The translations under genes were made by a program, and so were the position numbers. Shown piece by piece: positions 63,585 through 64,000 of a stretch of DNA of 64,000 bases. This DNA comes from an uncultured Erysipelotrichaceae bacterium (GTDB taxonomy: Bacteria; Bacillota_I; Bacilli_A; RF39; UBA660). The notes below the pieces were generated by a model. That model searched no databases. It was not told where the DNA came from and worked only from the letters and a program-made list of their open reading frames with translations. Position 1 is the first letter of the stretch. Each line of letters begins with the position of its first letter. The stretch is taken from contig CADANC010000008.1 of the NCBI GenBank assembly GCA_902789225.1, positions 3,917 through 67,916 of the forward strand, written 5' to 3'.

Positions 63585-64000
63585 TTACTTCACTTTATAC
63601 ATAGTTTCTTTAAAGAAGAAATTAGTATTATCTCCTAACTTTTTATATTTTTCTATATAATCATTATCTTTACATTCATTTTCAATGTACTCATGAGTAT
63701 CATTTACTAGTTCATCGAAATCAGGTATTCCTTCTTCTCTCATAATAATATATGGAGTATTTACTGAATATAAATCTTTAATTATAGATGTTCCATTCAT
63801 TATATCTTTAGTATAAAAACTTGTACCATTATTAGATTCTTTAACTATATAGTATTTATTAGATACTTTTTCTAAAATTTCTAGAGTATCCTTTTTATCT
63901 TTATTAATAGATTTAAAATAATTAGTTAATAGTTTTCTTTTTGAATATGCAATTGCAGGAGTTGATACTACTTCAACAATAGATGTTATTTTTGATTTTT
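63585..64000 (-). CDS. Partial ORF (C-terminal ~138 codons), unknown function; open to the window end
   Basis: The 71-aa ORF-track entry stays open in frame upstream to position 63998 (...KSKITSIVEVVSTPAIAYSKRKLLTNYF...), so the real gene probably starts beyond the window. Confidence 0.45.
   Translation of the reverse strand, partial: KSKITSIVEVVSTPAIAYSKRKLLTNYFKSINKDKKDTLEILEKVSNKYYIVKESNNGTSFYTKDIMNGTSIIKDLYSVNTPYIIMREEGIPDFDELVNDTHEYIENECKDNDYIEKYKKLGDNTNFFFKETMYKVK

Overview
This window is an AT-rich chromosomal segment from a low-GC monoderm (Bacillota). The gene set looks Bacilli/Erysipelotrichia-like: class I FBA, YutD, DUF1292, TrmL and U32 proteins. Rubrerythrin and a Cys-cluster TrpRS hint at an anaerobe. 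Almost all genes lie on the minus strand. Positions 1-33.8 kb are ordinary housekeeping: fda (partial), uppP, eno, an acyl-CoA ligase, an unusually long RpoD-like sigma factor, dxs, an SPFH protein, an apparently orphan MvaI/BcnI-like endonuclease, a 12-tRNA operon, trmL, U32 peptidase, rubrerythrin, lon and tig. This part also holds a T-box-controlled gatC-gatA-gatB-aspS operon whose specifier reads AAC (Asn), followed by trpS and rmuC. Positions 33.8-60.6 kb are the standout. It is one co-directional block of 22 ORFs, bounded by its own promoter and terminator. It joins a Tad/Flp-type pilus module to a Gram-positive-type T4SS module. The Tad module has CpaB, TadA/CpaF, TadB, TadC, a 55-codon pilin-like ORF missing from the ORF track, pseudopilin-like proteins and a TadZ-like protein. 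The T4SS module has two VirB2/TrbC-like hairpin proteins, VirB6-like, VirB3-like, an apparently split VirB4, a SpoIID-plus-cysteine-peptidase hydrolase and a VirD4 coupling protein. The block also encodes a class-B-like sortase with no visible substrate and several large Cys-rich N-anchored surface proteins. No relaxase, integrase, replication or partition gene is visible anywhere in the window, and both flanks are core genes, so it does not look like a standard ICE. Positions 60.6-64 kb return to housekeeping: greA, an HD-domain dNTPase-like protein, a U32 peptidase and a partial ORF. All calls rest on my reading of the translations and motifs. No database search was run.
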